A stretch of 64,000 bases of DNA from Malacoraja senta. Its lineage: Eukaryota. The stretch is taken from the NCBI GenBank assembly GCA_038087875.1, contig CM075989.1, forward strand, positions 3,162,001-3,226,000. Direction: 5' to 3'. The notes under the pieces are model-generated. The model saw only the letters and a program-made list of their open reading frames with translations, was not told where the DNA came from and did no database searches. Positions 12,105-24,029 of the stretch are shown here, piece by piece (the first letter of the stretch is position 1; every line of letters starts with the position of its first letter). The translations under genes were made by a program, and so were the position numbers.

Positions 12105-12662
12105 TTTAGTTCATTCAGTTTAGTTTATTGTCACGTGTATCAAGGTACAGTGAAAAGCTTTTGTTGCATAGAAAACATAGAAAATAGGTGCAGGAGGAGG
12201 CCCTTCAGCCCTTCGAGCCAGCACCGACATTCATTATGATCATGGCTGATCGTCCCCAATCAATAACCCGTGCCTGCCTTCTCCCCATATCGCTTGATTC
12301 CACTAGCCCCTGGAGCTCTATCTAACTGTCTCTTAAATCCATTCAGTGATTTGGCCTCCACTGCCTCCACTTGCGTGCTAACCCGCCAGCGGAAAGACAA
12401 TACGTGATTACAATCGAGCCAGTTACAGATACATGATAAGGGAATAACGCTTAGTGCTGGGTAAAGCCAGTGAAGTCCGAGCAAACATAGTCCGAGGGTC
12501 ACCAAAGAGGTAGATGGTTGCTCAGCACCGCTCTCTGCTTGTGGTAGGGTGATTCCGTTGCCTGATAACAGCTGGGAAAAAAATGTCCCTGAATCTGGAG
12601 GTGTGCGTTTTCACACTTCTGTACCTTTTGCCCGATGGAAGAGGGGACAAGAGGGAGTGGCC
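12105..12662 (-). mobile_element. Rex1/Babar 3' fragment with nested CR1 tail (12168-12370)
   Basis: Reverse complement of 4105-4450; CR1 peptide VEAKSLNGFKRQLDRA..GEKAGTGY inside. Confidence 0.8.
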
Positions 12663-13009
12663 GAGGTCTATATTTGCCCCAGTGTGCTTTATCTGAATTG
12701 ACCATCACAACTCCGTTTCCCAGTGTGTGTCCACACGTCAGAGTTATCTTAAATAGGAAACATTCCGCTCACCATTCGATACTCCAGACCACCCATGGTG
12801 TCCAAAGTTAATAATTTTATCAACAGTATCTCCGACAACATTTCTCAAAATGAAAAACATCATCAGCAAAATGAACTGTCAACAAAGGCACTGTATTAAT
12901 GAAAGAGCTCTCAATGGCCACGCACAGTTTGCAAGGCTTCATAATGGTGTGCGTTTGGAAATGTCCACACCTAACTCTGAACCAGTAGAGAGCATTTAAT
13001 CACATGATG

Positions 13010-13209
13010 NNNNNNNNNNNNNNNNNNNNNNNNNNNNNNNNNNNNNNNNNNNNNNNNNNNNNNNNNNNNNNNNNNNNNNNNNNNNNNNNNNNNNNNNNNN
13101 NNNNNNNNNNNNNNNNNNNNNNNNNNNNNNNNNNNNNNNNNNNNNNNNNNNNNNNNNNNNNNNNNNNNNNNNNNNNNNNNNNNNNNNNNNNNNNNNNNNN
13201 NNNNNNNNN
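13010..13209. other. Scaffold gap (200 N)
   Basis: Exactly 200 N. Confidence 1.
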
Positions 13210-13214
13210 CAAGA

Positions 13215-13990
13215 CGCTAAACACACAGTGCTGGAGGAACTCAGCGGGCTCAGGCAGCATCTGTGGAGGGAAATAAGAGTAGACAACGTTTTCATCTAAG
13301 GACCCTTCTTCAGACTGATGGAGCATGTAGCTGGGAAAAACTGTAAGAGTAAAGCAGGGTGGGGGCACGACAAAGCCTGGCAACTGAAAGGTGGATACAG
13401 GTGAAGGGGGGTGATTGGCAGATTGGTGAAGTAAGTGACAAAGGCTAGAGGGGAAAGGAGAAAAGGGGTGGGAATGTGGCGCAGCGTGGAGTTGCTGCCT
13501 TACAGCGCCAGAGACCCGGATTCGATCCGACTACGGGTGCTGTCTGTACGGAGTTTGTACGTTCTCCCCATGACCGCGTGAGATTTCTCCGGGTACTCCG
13601 TTTACTCCCACACTCCAAAGACGTACAGGTTTGTAGGTTCATTGGCTTCCGTAAAATTGTAAAATTGTCCCTGGTGTGTAGGATAGTGTTAGTGCACGGG
13701 TGATCGCTGGTCGGCGTGGACTCGGTGGGCCGAAGGCAGGTTTTTTTCCGCGCTGTATCTCTAAAGTCTAAAGAGTCAAAAGGGAGCCAGGTAAGGGGCG
13801 AAGAGGAGGAGTGAAATGTTAAGGGAGAGGGAGGGAGAGTGGAGGAAGAGATCAGCGGGGATTGGAAAGAGGAGATAAAAGGGAAATGAGGGACTTGCAG
13901 ATGGAAGATGAGTGTGCAAAGGAAGAGAAAAGAGCAGGGAGAATAAAATGAGCATAAAGGAGGGGAAAGACTGGAGGGGTGGGGAGGGGT
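13215..13990 (-). mobile_element. Penelope-like terminal module with purine-rich flank, interrupted by a SINE
   Basis: Module match 13215-13320 followed by GA-rich sequence. Confidence 0.6.
13472..13772 (+). mobile_element. HE1-type SINE
   Basis: Family consensus match. Confidence 0.9.
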
Positions 13991-14739
13991 TTACATATAG
14001 TGCATATGTTTCAGAGATAATCCATAACCCACCTAATTTCAGTTGCCTCGTGATGTGCTTTCAGTTGGATAATCCCTGGAGAAATGAATGGCATGTTAAT
14101 GCACAAAAGCATGGCAATCGAACGGAATGACTTGATAAGATCATTTCTGAGCTATATCTGCTTTTAATCTTTAATAGCAACATACCACATTTCCATTTAT
14201 CAGCAGCAGTTAATGCCACAGGCTCTTACAACCACTGTAATCCAGACTGGATGCATTTGCTAATATATTGATGCGCACTCGTTTAAGTGCCACTGATGGC
14301 CAGTCCTCTGTGTCAGCATAGCGATGCAAAGTCAGCCTGGCTGCTCTGCTGGTGAATTAAACAGGCGCTGTCTGCATTAAAAAATAAAGCATTTATATGC
14401 CACAGGACCGATGTGGCACACATTAAGCAGGCCTTCTGTTTTTGTACAATCACATCAGAGATACGGGAAAAGTTTAGATCTAATAAAACTGTTTTGTGAT
14501 CTCACTGTTTACCAAGCTTTGATAGTTCTATTGAAACTTTTTTTGCACCTGTGTCGACTGCTCCAGTACATCGGCCCGTGCGCTCGATGTGCTGGAGCAG
14601 TTCCCGTGAACCGACGTCCCTCTCCTCTCCTCGCCTGGCCATCTTTGCTTCTCCTGCAGCCGACCAGAAGGTGCTGAAGACATTACCCCGTTTCACCCTC
14701 CTTGCCCCTTGCGTCGACCTCCATGTACCTACAGACAAA

Positions 14740-14930
14740 TTCAGCTTGAATTCCATCTACAAGTTTGCAGACTGCTGTAGGCCTGTGGTAGCCGCAACAT
14801 GAGCATGGACAAGACAAGAGTACAGGATGGAGATAAATAAGTTAGTGACATTGTACCAGGACAATAACATCTCCCTCAATGTCAGCAAGATGTAAGGAGC
14901 TAGTTAACGACTTCACGAAGCATTGTGGAG
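14740..14930 (+). mobile_element. Rex1/Babar RT fragment
   Basis: NSIYKFAD then QDNNISLNVSK. Confidence 0.6.
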
Positions 14931-14935
14931 CACAC

Positions 14936-15305
14936 AGAGTCATAGAGTCACAGGAGTGATACAGCGTGGAAACAGGCCCTTCGCCCCAACTTGCCCACAC
15001 CGGCCAACATGTCCCGGCTGCACTAGTCCCACCTGTCCATGTTTGGTTCAAATCCCTCCAAACCTGTCCGATCTAAATATCTGTCTAACTTCTTAAACAT
15101 TGCGATAGTCCCTACTTCAACTAAATCCTCTGGCAGCTCGTTCCATACATCCACCACCCTCTGTGTGAAAATGTTACTCCTCAGATTCCTATTAAACCTT
15201 TCCCCCTTCACCTTAAAGCTATGTCCTCTGCTTCTTGATTTCACTACTCTGGGCAAGAAACTTTGTACATTTACCCAATCTATCCCTCTCATGATTTCAT
15301 ACATT
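14936..15305 (-). mobile_element. CR1 3' fragment
   Basis: YEIMRGID..KGERFNRNLRSNIFTQRVVDVWNELPE. Confidence 0.9.
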
Positions 15306-15684
15306 TGAGACTTGAGTCACAATAGACATTTGGACAGGTACACTGGATAGGTAAGGTTTAGAGAGATATGGGTCAAAGGCATGCAAATGGGACTCATTTT
15401 GTTGGCTATCTTAATCAACATGGAAGAGTTGGGCTGAATGATGCAAGACTCTATGACAGTGAATCAGATGAACTAAGCAGGGAGATCAAACTCACAGCTA
15501 CAAGTCTCAACGTCCATTCATTATTGGGCGGACGCACTCCAGAACCTCATCCTTGCCTTCTCTGCTGTTCACGTCAGCTCACCATCAGAATTTACCGGAT
15601 AGTCAATACAAGCTGGTATACAAAAACAAAATACCATGACTGCTGGAGGTCAAAATGGAAAGAAGAAAACAGAACATTGAACAA

Positions 15685-15900
15685 AGACAGACACAAATTG
15701 CTGGAGCAATCTCAGCGGGTCAGTCAGCATCTCCGGAGAAAAGGAATAGGTGACATTTCGGGTCTGAAACCTTCTTCAGACTGGTGGACCCGAAACGTCA
15801 CCCAGTCCTTTTTCTCAGAGATGCTGACTGAACCGCAGAGTTACTTCAGCATATTGTGTCTATCTTCGGTGTAAACCAGCATCTGCAGTTCCTTCCCACA
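15685..15900. mobile_element. Penelope-like fold-back module
   Basis: Two inverted module halves joined at ~15785. Confidence 0.8.
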
Positions 15901-16619
15901 CATCCAGAACATAGAACAGTACTGCACAGGAACCAGGCCTTTCAGCCACTGTGCTTGTGCCACCCGTGTGCGGATGTGGCATCGAAGGATGAGAAGCCGA
16001 AGCAAAGAACTGGAAGCCAAATAAACAGAATGGAAACAAAGCCGAAACGCCAACTAACCGAAAGGGTGCGACGCCTAAAAGCAAACTCACCGAATGGTCG
16101 CTCTGCTGAAAAGTCAAATAACGGACATGACGTCGCCGAGGGGGCGGGTCTTGTCAGCGATTGGTCCAGACCCCGCGTCCATCACATTACTGGCCGATGG
16201 AGACGGGAGGGTGGGGGTCATTTCCCACACAAGTCATAGGTGACTGGGCACTCTGAACCCGAGCACCAAGTTGTAAGCAGCCGAAGGAGCGCATCCCTCG
16301 GGACAGCCCCACTCTCCATGTGGCCCTTCCCCACAGGACGGGGTCGGCATTAAAACTCAAAAAAGAGTTACTGATTTAAAAAGAAAAATGTTACATGTAT
16401 CAATAGTTCTTACATTCAGGACCTGGTTCATTAAGTGGTGGGATTATTGCCCTGTCCAAACTATGCCTTTGCTTTAGCCGGTGGTAACATCCATTTCATC
16501 CCTCCCTCGCAAAGATGTGAGATTTCATTAAGAGCACACTTGGATAAATAGATGCAACGGCATGTAAAGCGTCTCTTCCATGCGTGCAATACATGAAGCC
16601 GATGAAATGAGACAACTGT

Positions 16620-16820
16620 CACACCAAAGATAGACACAAAATACTGGAGTGTCTCAGTGGGACAGGCAGCATCTCTGGAGAGAAGGAATGGGTGTCGTTT
16701 CGGGTCGAGACCCTTCAGACTCAGTCTTCAGGTCTGAAGAATGGTCTTGACCCGAAACGTCACCCATTCCTTCTGTCCAGAGATGCTGCCTGTTCCGCTG
16801 AGTTACTCCATCTTCGGTTA
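16620..16820. mobile_element. Penelope-like fold-back module
   Basis: Inverted halves; hammerhead-like core from 16734. Confidence 0.8.
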
Positions 16821-17071
16821 AAACAGTTGACAGATTATCTCGTGTTTTGTGCCTGGGAGCTTGTTGTGTGCGTTACGCAGGCAACCAGACGGTAATAAAT
16901 AAAACGTGCTTCTTGTTGTCCGGGGGGGGGGGTGGGGGGGAGTGGGAGGAGATAAAATTGTTCGTTGTCATGCACACTTGTCATCGGCCGCCAGGGAATT
17001 TGTGTGCCCCCATGTTTTAAAAGCGATTTAGTATGGCTGCCAATGCCCCGAGCCTTCTGTCCCCACGGCCG

Positions 17072-17290
17072 GAGTGGGGGTGAATCACCCTGGAGTGGGG
17101 GTTGGAGTCCGGGGTCGTGGGGGGGGGGGGTGAATCACCCTGGAGTGGGGTGGAGTCATGGGTCAGGGGGGTGAATCACCCTGAGGTGGGTGGGGTCCAT
17201 GGGTCGGGGGGTGAAATCACCCTGGAGTGGGGGTTGGAGTCCGGGGGTCGTGGGGAGGGGTGAATCACCCTGGAGTGGGGTTGGAGTCCC
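17072..17290. repeat. G-rich minisatellite, about 5 units of 40-50 bp
   Basis: Core GGGGGTGAATCACCCTGGAGTGGGG repeated. Confidence 0.9.
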
Positions 17291-18164
17291 GATGGCGGTG
17301 CAACGCGGTCAGTGACTCTGGGTGGGCGGAGAGACCAGCCTGTCCCACACCTCTGTTCTACCCGGCCCCCATGTGTGTGTGTGCGCTGCCGACACACACG
17401 CCCGTCACAGTGCGGCCGCACGGGGAGACGAAGCGGGGGTGCGGCCGTGGCTGTGGGGGAGTAGGGGCTGTCCCGAGGGATGTGCTCCTTCGGTCGCTTA
17501 CAACTTGGTGCTCGGGTTCAGAGTGCCCAGTCACCTATGGCTTGTGTGGGGATCTATCGCTGGCAAGTGCCACCCCCACCCCCCCCCCCCCCCCCCCGGC
17601 AACATCATGTCCGTTATTTGACTTTTCGGCAGAGCGGCCTTTCAGTGAGTTTGCTTTTAGGCATCTCACCCTTTTGGTTAGTTTGCTTTTAGGCGTCCCC
17701 CCCTTATGGTTAGTTTGCTTTTAGACGTCCCAGCCTTTCAGTTAGATGGCGATTCGGCTTTGTACGCTTTCGGTTATTTGGCTTTTTGGCTTTGTTTCCG
17801 TTGGTTATTTGGCTTCCACTTCTTTGCTTCAGCTTCTTGTCCTTCGATGCCACGTCCGGGTGCCTGTGCCACCATGATGGAAAATTGAACTAATCTCATA
17901 AGCTTCCACATTATCTTTCTTTATTATCTTTGTCCCTCATTTCCTGACTGTTCACCTGCCAGGAATGTGTAGATGCATCTTAAACATTGCTATTGTTCTT
18001 GCCCAATCCAGGCATTGACCAACCTCCGTGTACAATAACCTTTCATACATTTTTTAAACGGGAAATCTTCAGCATTCTCTCCGAGCACAAACTATCTCTC
18101 TGTCTTTTTTCCCCAATTTCCGTATCTTAAAACTAACTTATTTTTCTGCTCCATTGGATGGAAT

Positions 18165-18470
18165 GTTTTACTTTATTGTCATATGTGAAGAGCACAGTGA
18201 AATTCTATGCTTGCATACCCAAGGTATACAAATAGCAGCCACCTAAGGGTCTGACAAAGTTACAAAGTATGCCGGCTCCTCCTTTGTTCTCCCCTCCCGC
18301 CCCGCCCAACAGCGGTCCCCACACACCAGGTCCTCATTCGCCCTTCCCCTCCTTCCACAGTGGTCCCCCCCACGCTCTCATCGACAGCCGACCGCGAGTC
18401 GACTCGCGAGGCTTCACCGCCGCTTCCGAGGCTTCCCCGCTGCTACATGGCTGCCGAGGTCCCAGTGAAT
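18165..18470 (-). mobile_element. Unclassified non-coding retroelement with Rex-like tail
   Basis: Homologous to 52160-52640 and 5590-5680. Confidence 0.6.
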
Positions 18471-18833
18471 GTTTCATTGCGAATGAAATATTAACTCTAT
18501 ATCTCTCTCCATAAGTATTGCCTTGATACGCCAAGAATTGCTGGCATTTTCTAACTTTATCACAAGCCGTAATCCTGGCTAAATGTTTCCTCCAAATGAA
18601 TCAAATGAAATTCTCCTTGCGATCGAGTTCAAGGTGACCACTGGACCCTACAATTTGTGTGGTGGAAGAAGAGAAGATGGTAGAGTGTGTTGGTTTGAGC
18701 GTGTCGTCAAAATCTTATAGACTTTTGTGTACATCTTACATTCATGTGGAAAGAGAGAATATATCGGTTAGTGCTTGGTGCATTGATAAAATGGACAGTT
18801 TTGTCGTGAAACTTCAATGGTTCAATGGTTGTT

Positions 18834-19152
18834 TTAGTTTAGTTTAGAGATACAGCGCGGGAACAGGCCCTTCGGCCCACCGAGTCCGCACTGACCAACG
18901 ATCCCCGCACCTAAACACTAGGTCCCACACATATTAGGGACAATTTACACTCGTACCAAGCCAATAAACCTACAAACCTGTATGTCTTTGGAGTGTGGGA
19001 GGAAACCGAAGACCTCGGAGAAAACCGACGCAAATCACGGGGAGAGCATGCAAACTCCGTACAGGCAGCACCCGTAGTCAGGATCGAACCCGGGTCTCCG
19101 GCACTGTAAGCGCTGTGAGGCAGCAATTCTACCGCTGCGCCACTGTGCCGCC
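18834..19152 (-). mobile_element. HE1-type SINE (head-insert subfamily)
   Basis: Family consensus match. Confidence 0.92.
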
Positions 19153-19287
19153 ATTCGCAAGGTTGATTCTTGTCATGTATGCACTGCACAGTAATATTCT
19201 TTTTGCATAGCTCACACATGAACAGTCGGCTTATTTTGGAGCCATTTACAAAAAGTCCAAAGTCCACAGGTCCGCAGGTTCCACATA

Positions 19288-21498
19288 AAGAAAGGTAACT
19301 TTGAGGGTATGAGACGTGAATTGGCCAAGATAGACTGGCAATTGATTCTTAAAGGGTTGACGGTGGATATGCAATGGAAGGCATTTAAAGGCTGCATGGA
19401 TGAACTACAACAATTGTTCATCCCAGTTTGGCAAAAGAATAAATCAGGGAAGGTAGTGCATCCGTGGATAACAAGGGAATTCAGGGATAGTATCAAAACA
19501 AAAGATGAAGCATACAAATTAGCCAGAAAAAGCAGCCTACCAGAGGACTGGGAGAAATTCAGTCCAGCAGAGGAGGACAAAGGGCTTAATTAGGAAAGGG
19601 GAAATAGATTATGAAAGAAAACTGGCAGGGAACATAAAAACTGACTGCAAAAGTTTTTATAGATATGTGAAGAGAAAAAGATTAGTTAAAACAGATGTAG
19701 GTCCCTTGCAGTCAGAAACAGATGAATTGATCATGGGGAACAAGGACATGGCAGACCAATTGAATAACTACTTTGGTTCTGTCTTCACTAAGGAAGACAT
19801 AAATAATCTGCCGGAAATAGCAGGGGACCGGGGGTCAAATGAGATGGAGGAACTGAGTGAAATCCAGGTTAGCCAGGAAGTGGTGTTAGGTAAATTGAAT
19901 GGATTAAAGGCCGATAAATCCCCAGGGCCAGATAGGCTGCATCCCAGAGAACTTAAGGAAGTAGCCCCAGAAATACTGGATGCATTAGTGATAATTTTTC
20001 AAAACTCTTTAGATTCTGGAGTAGTTCCTGAGGATTGGAGGGTAGCTAATGTAACCCCACTTTTTAAAAAGGGAGGGAGAGAGAAAACGGGGAATTACAG
20101 ACCAGTTAGTCTAACATCGGTAGTGGGGAAACTGCTAGAGTCAGTTATTAAAGATGGGATAGCAGCACATTTGGAAAGTGGTGAAATCATTGGACAAAGT
20201 CAGCATGGATTTATGAAAGGTAAATCATGTCTGACGAATCTTATAGAATTTTTCGAGGATGTAACTAGTAGAGTGGATAAGTGAGAACCAGTGGATGTGT
20301 TATATCTGGACTTCCAGAAGGCTTTCGACATGGTCCCACATAAGAGATTAGTATACAAACTTAAAGCACACGGTATTGGGGGTTCAGTATTGATGTGGAT
20401 AGAGAACTGGCTGGCAGACAGGAAGCAAAGAGTAGGAGTAAATGGGTCCTTTTCAGAATGGCAGGCAGTGACTAGTGGGGTACCGCAAGGCTCACTGCTG
20501 GGACCCCAGCTATTTACAATATATATTAATGATTTGGATGAGGGAATTGAATGCAACATCTCCAAGTTTGCGGATGACACGAAGCTGGGGGGCAGTGTTA
20601 GCTGTGAGGAGGATGCTAGGAGGCTGCAAGGTGACTTGGATAGGCTGGGTGAGTGGGCAAATGCATGGCAGATGCAGTATAATATGGATACATGTGAGGT
20701 TATCCACTTTGGTGGCAAAAACAGGAAAGTAGACTATTATCTGAATGGTGGCCGATTAGGAAAAGGGGAGATGCAACGAGACCTGGGTGTCATGGTACAC
20801 CAGTCATTGAAAGTAGGCATGCAGGTGCAGCAGGCAGTGAAGAAAGCGAATGGTATGTTAGCATTCATAGCACAAGGATTTGAGTATAGGAGCAGGGAGG
20901 TTCTACTGCAATTGTACAGGGTCTTGGTGAGACCACACCTGGAGTATTGCGTACAGTTTTGGTCTCCTAATCTGAGGAAAGACATTCTTGCCATAGAGGG
21001 AGTACAGAAAAGGTTCACCAGACTGATTCCTGGGATGTCAGGACTTTCATATGAAGAAAGACTAGATAGACTTGGCTTGTACGCGCTAGAATTTAGAAGA
21101 TTGAGGGGGGATCTTATAGAAACTTACAAAATTCTTAAGGGGTTGGACAGGCTAGACGCAGGAAGATTGTTCCCGATGTTGGGGAAGTCCAGAACAAGGG
21201 GTTTAAGGATAAGGGGGAAATCTTTTAGGACCGAGATGAGAAAAACATTTTTCACACAGAGAGTGGTGAATCTCTGGAACTCTCTGCCACAGAAGATAGT
21301 TGAGGCCAGTTCATTGGCTATATTTAAGAGGGAGTTAGATGTGGCCCTAGTGGCTAAAGGTATCAGGGGGTATGGAGAGAAGGCAGGTACAGGATACTGA
21401 GTTGGATGATCAGCCATGATCATATTGAATGGCGGTGCAGGTTCGAAGGGCCGAATAGCCTACTCCTGCACCTATTTTCTATGTGTCTATGTCTATGC
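19288..21498 (+). mobile_element. 5'-truncated CR1/HER1 LINE, ORF2 reverse transcriptase (disabled)
   Basis: NYRPVSLTS, QHGF, YLDFQKAFD, SGVPQGS, KFADDTKL motifs; frameshift near 19560, premature TGA at 20282-20284; terminal TGA at 21398-21400 then 3' UTR and tail. Confidence 0.97.
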
Positions 21499-21662
21499 TG
21501 GGTGTACTGGAGCACCCCCTGATCCAAGTAAGCCCAGGTGACCCCAGGCTGCTACAGGACCTCCTACATCTCCCTCGACCAGCTCAGCTCGCAAACCAAC
21601 GTTCCTCTCCTCGCCCGACCGCCTTTGTGTCCTGGGGTGCTTCCAGCAGCCAACCTTCAAGG

Positions 21663-22051
21663 CAAAGATCCTATAGCGAGCAAGATAGTCCACTCGACGA
21701 AAAAGACATAGTACGGTCATGGGCAGATTCATGGGTAATGTAAGGCCCTATTTCCGTAACCGGCTTCCGTCTCCGCACCAAAGACCCCATAGGATAATAG
21801 TGCGGAGACGGAAGTCGGTTACGGAAATATCCTCGTAAAAATAAAAGTTATTTGGTAAAATCTTACCCTCATTTTCAGAATTTTAATTTATTAACACAAA
21901 CTGTTCCCCCGCAACGTTGATTACACTGCGAGTCGGGTCGGGTTACTAAAATGGATGAAAAATAGGCCCACATTCCGTTCCGTTGCGTACTACACGTCAG
22001 CCCATTGCATTTAGCAGGAGTTGTCCATCTTGCTCCGCTATAGGATCTTTG
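21663..22051. mobile_element. P-element-like MITE
   Basis: TIR CAAAGATCCTATAGCG(G)AGCAAGAT; perfect 8-bp TSD CTTCAAGG (21655-21662, 22052-22059); internal inverted repeat 21750-21828. Confidence 0.8.
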
Positions 22052-22395
22052 CTTCAAGGTGCCGGAGGGAAATACCCCGGGGGTCCCTCTTCTACTGGGC
22101 CACTCCTCACGTCCTTCGTCACCAGCGGCTCCTGCTCCTCAACTCTCCCTCCCCCTCGAATCATGCCAAGCTTCTGGGCTGTTCCCTTTGATCTATGTTT
22201 ACAGTGCACCTCACTCATCACATCACATCACATCGAGTTTAACTCATCCTTTAAATCCTCTACCGGCACCTTAAACTATAGGATTTCTCACCTGCATTTT
22301 TACTACTTACTATATCCCGCAATCTTCAAGCAGAAGAGGTTAACTCAAATGCTGCATGGGTTAGCTATACGGGAAAGAGGAGGTGGTGTTAGCTA

Positions 22396-22668
22396 TTAGG
22401 ATCTTATAGAAACATATAAAAATTCTTAAGGGATTGGACATGCTAGATGCAGGGAAAATGTTCCCGATGTTGGGGGAGTCCAGAACCAGGGGTCGGAGTT
22501 TCAGAATAAGGGGTAGGCCATTTAGGACTGAGATGAGGAAAAACGTTTTCACCCAGAGAGTAGTGAATCTGTGGAATTCTCTACCTCAGAAGGCAGTGGA
22601 GGCCAATTCACTGGATGTTTTCAAGTGAGAGATAGATTTAGCTCTTAGTGCTAATGGCATCAAGGGAA
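22396..22668 (+). mobile_element. CR1 3' fragment (3' UTR piece follows at 22895-23012)
   Basis: LDAGKMFPMLGESRTRG..TQRVVNLWNSLPQKAVEA. Confidence 0.9.
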
Positions 22669-23017
22669 ATAGTGTCGATCTATCACTATTGCTGATTTGA
22701 TCCATGTCTGGTTTAGCTATTGCTGACCCGATCCGTAATCCATGTCAGGTTTCCACTATGCCATCTTGTGGAATGTAAGCAACCATGCTTTCAGTTTAAA
22801 CTACGACTTTGAGCCTACAGTACCTATTTATATGGTTCCTGTATGTATTCTTATTAAAATATTTTTTATGACGTTTTATGACAACTTTATACATATAGGG
22901 AGAAGGCAGGGACGGGGTACTGATTTTGGATGATCAGCCATGATCATATTGAATGGCGGTGCTGGCTCGAAGGGCCGAATGGAAACTCCTGCACCTATTT
23001 TCTATGTTTATATGCTT

Positions 23018-23418
23018 TAGAAGAGGCTGGACAGATTTGGATTATTTTCTATTGAATGCTGTTGGTTGAAAGGAAACTTGATAAAAGTATATAAAATTAG
23101 TATATAAAATTATGAGGGTAGACAGGGTAGATAATCAAAACCTTTTCCCCTGGGTTGAAATGTCAAAGACCAGGGGGCACAGATTTAAGGTGAAAGGAAG
23201 AACATTTAAAGGAGATGTGCAGAGCAAGTTCTTTACACTGAGGGTGGCTGATACCTGGAGTGGTGGTGGAGGCAGATACAATAGAGGCATTTAAGAGGCT
23301 TTTAAATAGCCACATGTACATGTATGGATCAAGTGCAGGGAGAGGACATTAGTTTAACTTGGCATCATATTAAGCACAGACATAGTGGAACAAAAGGCCT
23401 GTTCCTGTGCTGCACTGT
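23018..23418 (+). mobile_element. CR1 3' fragment (older subfamily)
   Basis: DRVDNQNLFP..SKTRGHRFKVKG. Confidence 0.8.
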
Positions 23419-23618
23419 CCCCTGCCAGAGCCCAGCCTGTGAATGCGGAGCAGAACAACAGACAGTCAACCATGTCATCTCTGGGTGCCCGCTCTACCAC
23501 CCACCAAATGGAGCTCAGGGCCTGGCAGACATTGATGCAGAGACAACTACCAGGCTGCTCAACCTGGCTTGAGATCCAACTATTCCTTTGGTTTATGTTT
23601 CATTCGCAAGAAGAAGGA
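23419..23618 (+). mobile_element. I-group (Ingi/Vingi-like) LINE 3' end
   Basis: C-terminal knuckle SPACECGAEQQTVNHVISGCP; (GAA)n tail; sits in a CR1 tail with ACTGT on both sides. Confidence 0.6.
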
Positions 23619-23714
23619 GACTGTTCTCTGTTCTACATTCGATGTTTTAAGATCCAAATTTGGTGCTAACACCCTTGAGGGTGAAAGATTGCCACACTAA
23701 GGCTTTTCCATTTA

Positions 23715-24029
23715 CAGTGTCCACCTCTGATTATCCAACACCTTTAGTTCCAGAGCCTTGCTGTATTATCCGTTTGGCCGGACCAACAGAGGTCACGGCC
23801 TTTGGGGGGAGCTGGGATACCGGCCCGCAAAGTCTGCCTCTGCTGCGGGAACGGATCTGCCGGCTCCGACCAGGCCCCGGCTGCAGGGGGCAGATTCAAC
23901 CCACCGGTCGGCGCGGAAGTCCCCACGAGGTCGGGATCACCCAGCCTCAGTGCCACATTTCCGCAGGGACTTCCGGAGGCTAAGGGAGAGTCTGGACCAC
24001 CAGTTGCTGTAAGATTGGCGGTGGTCCTG
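23715..24029. mobile_element. Possible Tigger/pogo-like MITE
   Basis: TA|CAG...CTG|TA ends, weak terminal complementarity, GC-rich interior. Confidence 0.4.

Larger units (their letters stand above)
15961..17862. mobile_element. Long-TIR foldback DNA element (possibly MULE-like)
   Basis: 15971-16315 is a diverged reverse complement of 17460-17858; the unit splits a CR1 tail. Confidence 0.65.

Noticed and set aside
12996..13383. ORFs crossing the N run
   Set aside because: Artefacts of the scaffold gap; adjacency across the gap is not guaranteed
17072..17290. Palindromic direct repeats resembling a CRISPR array
   Set aside because: Spacers are similar to each other and G-rich, there are no cas genes, and the context is vertebrate
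20291..21400. 369-aa ORF as a functional gene
   Set aside because: Fragment of a 5'-truncated CR1 ORF2 downstream of a premature stop
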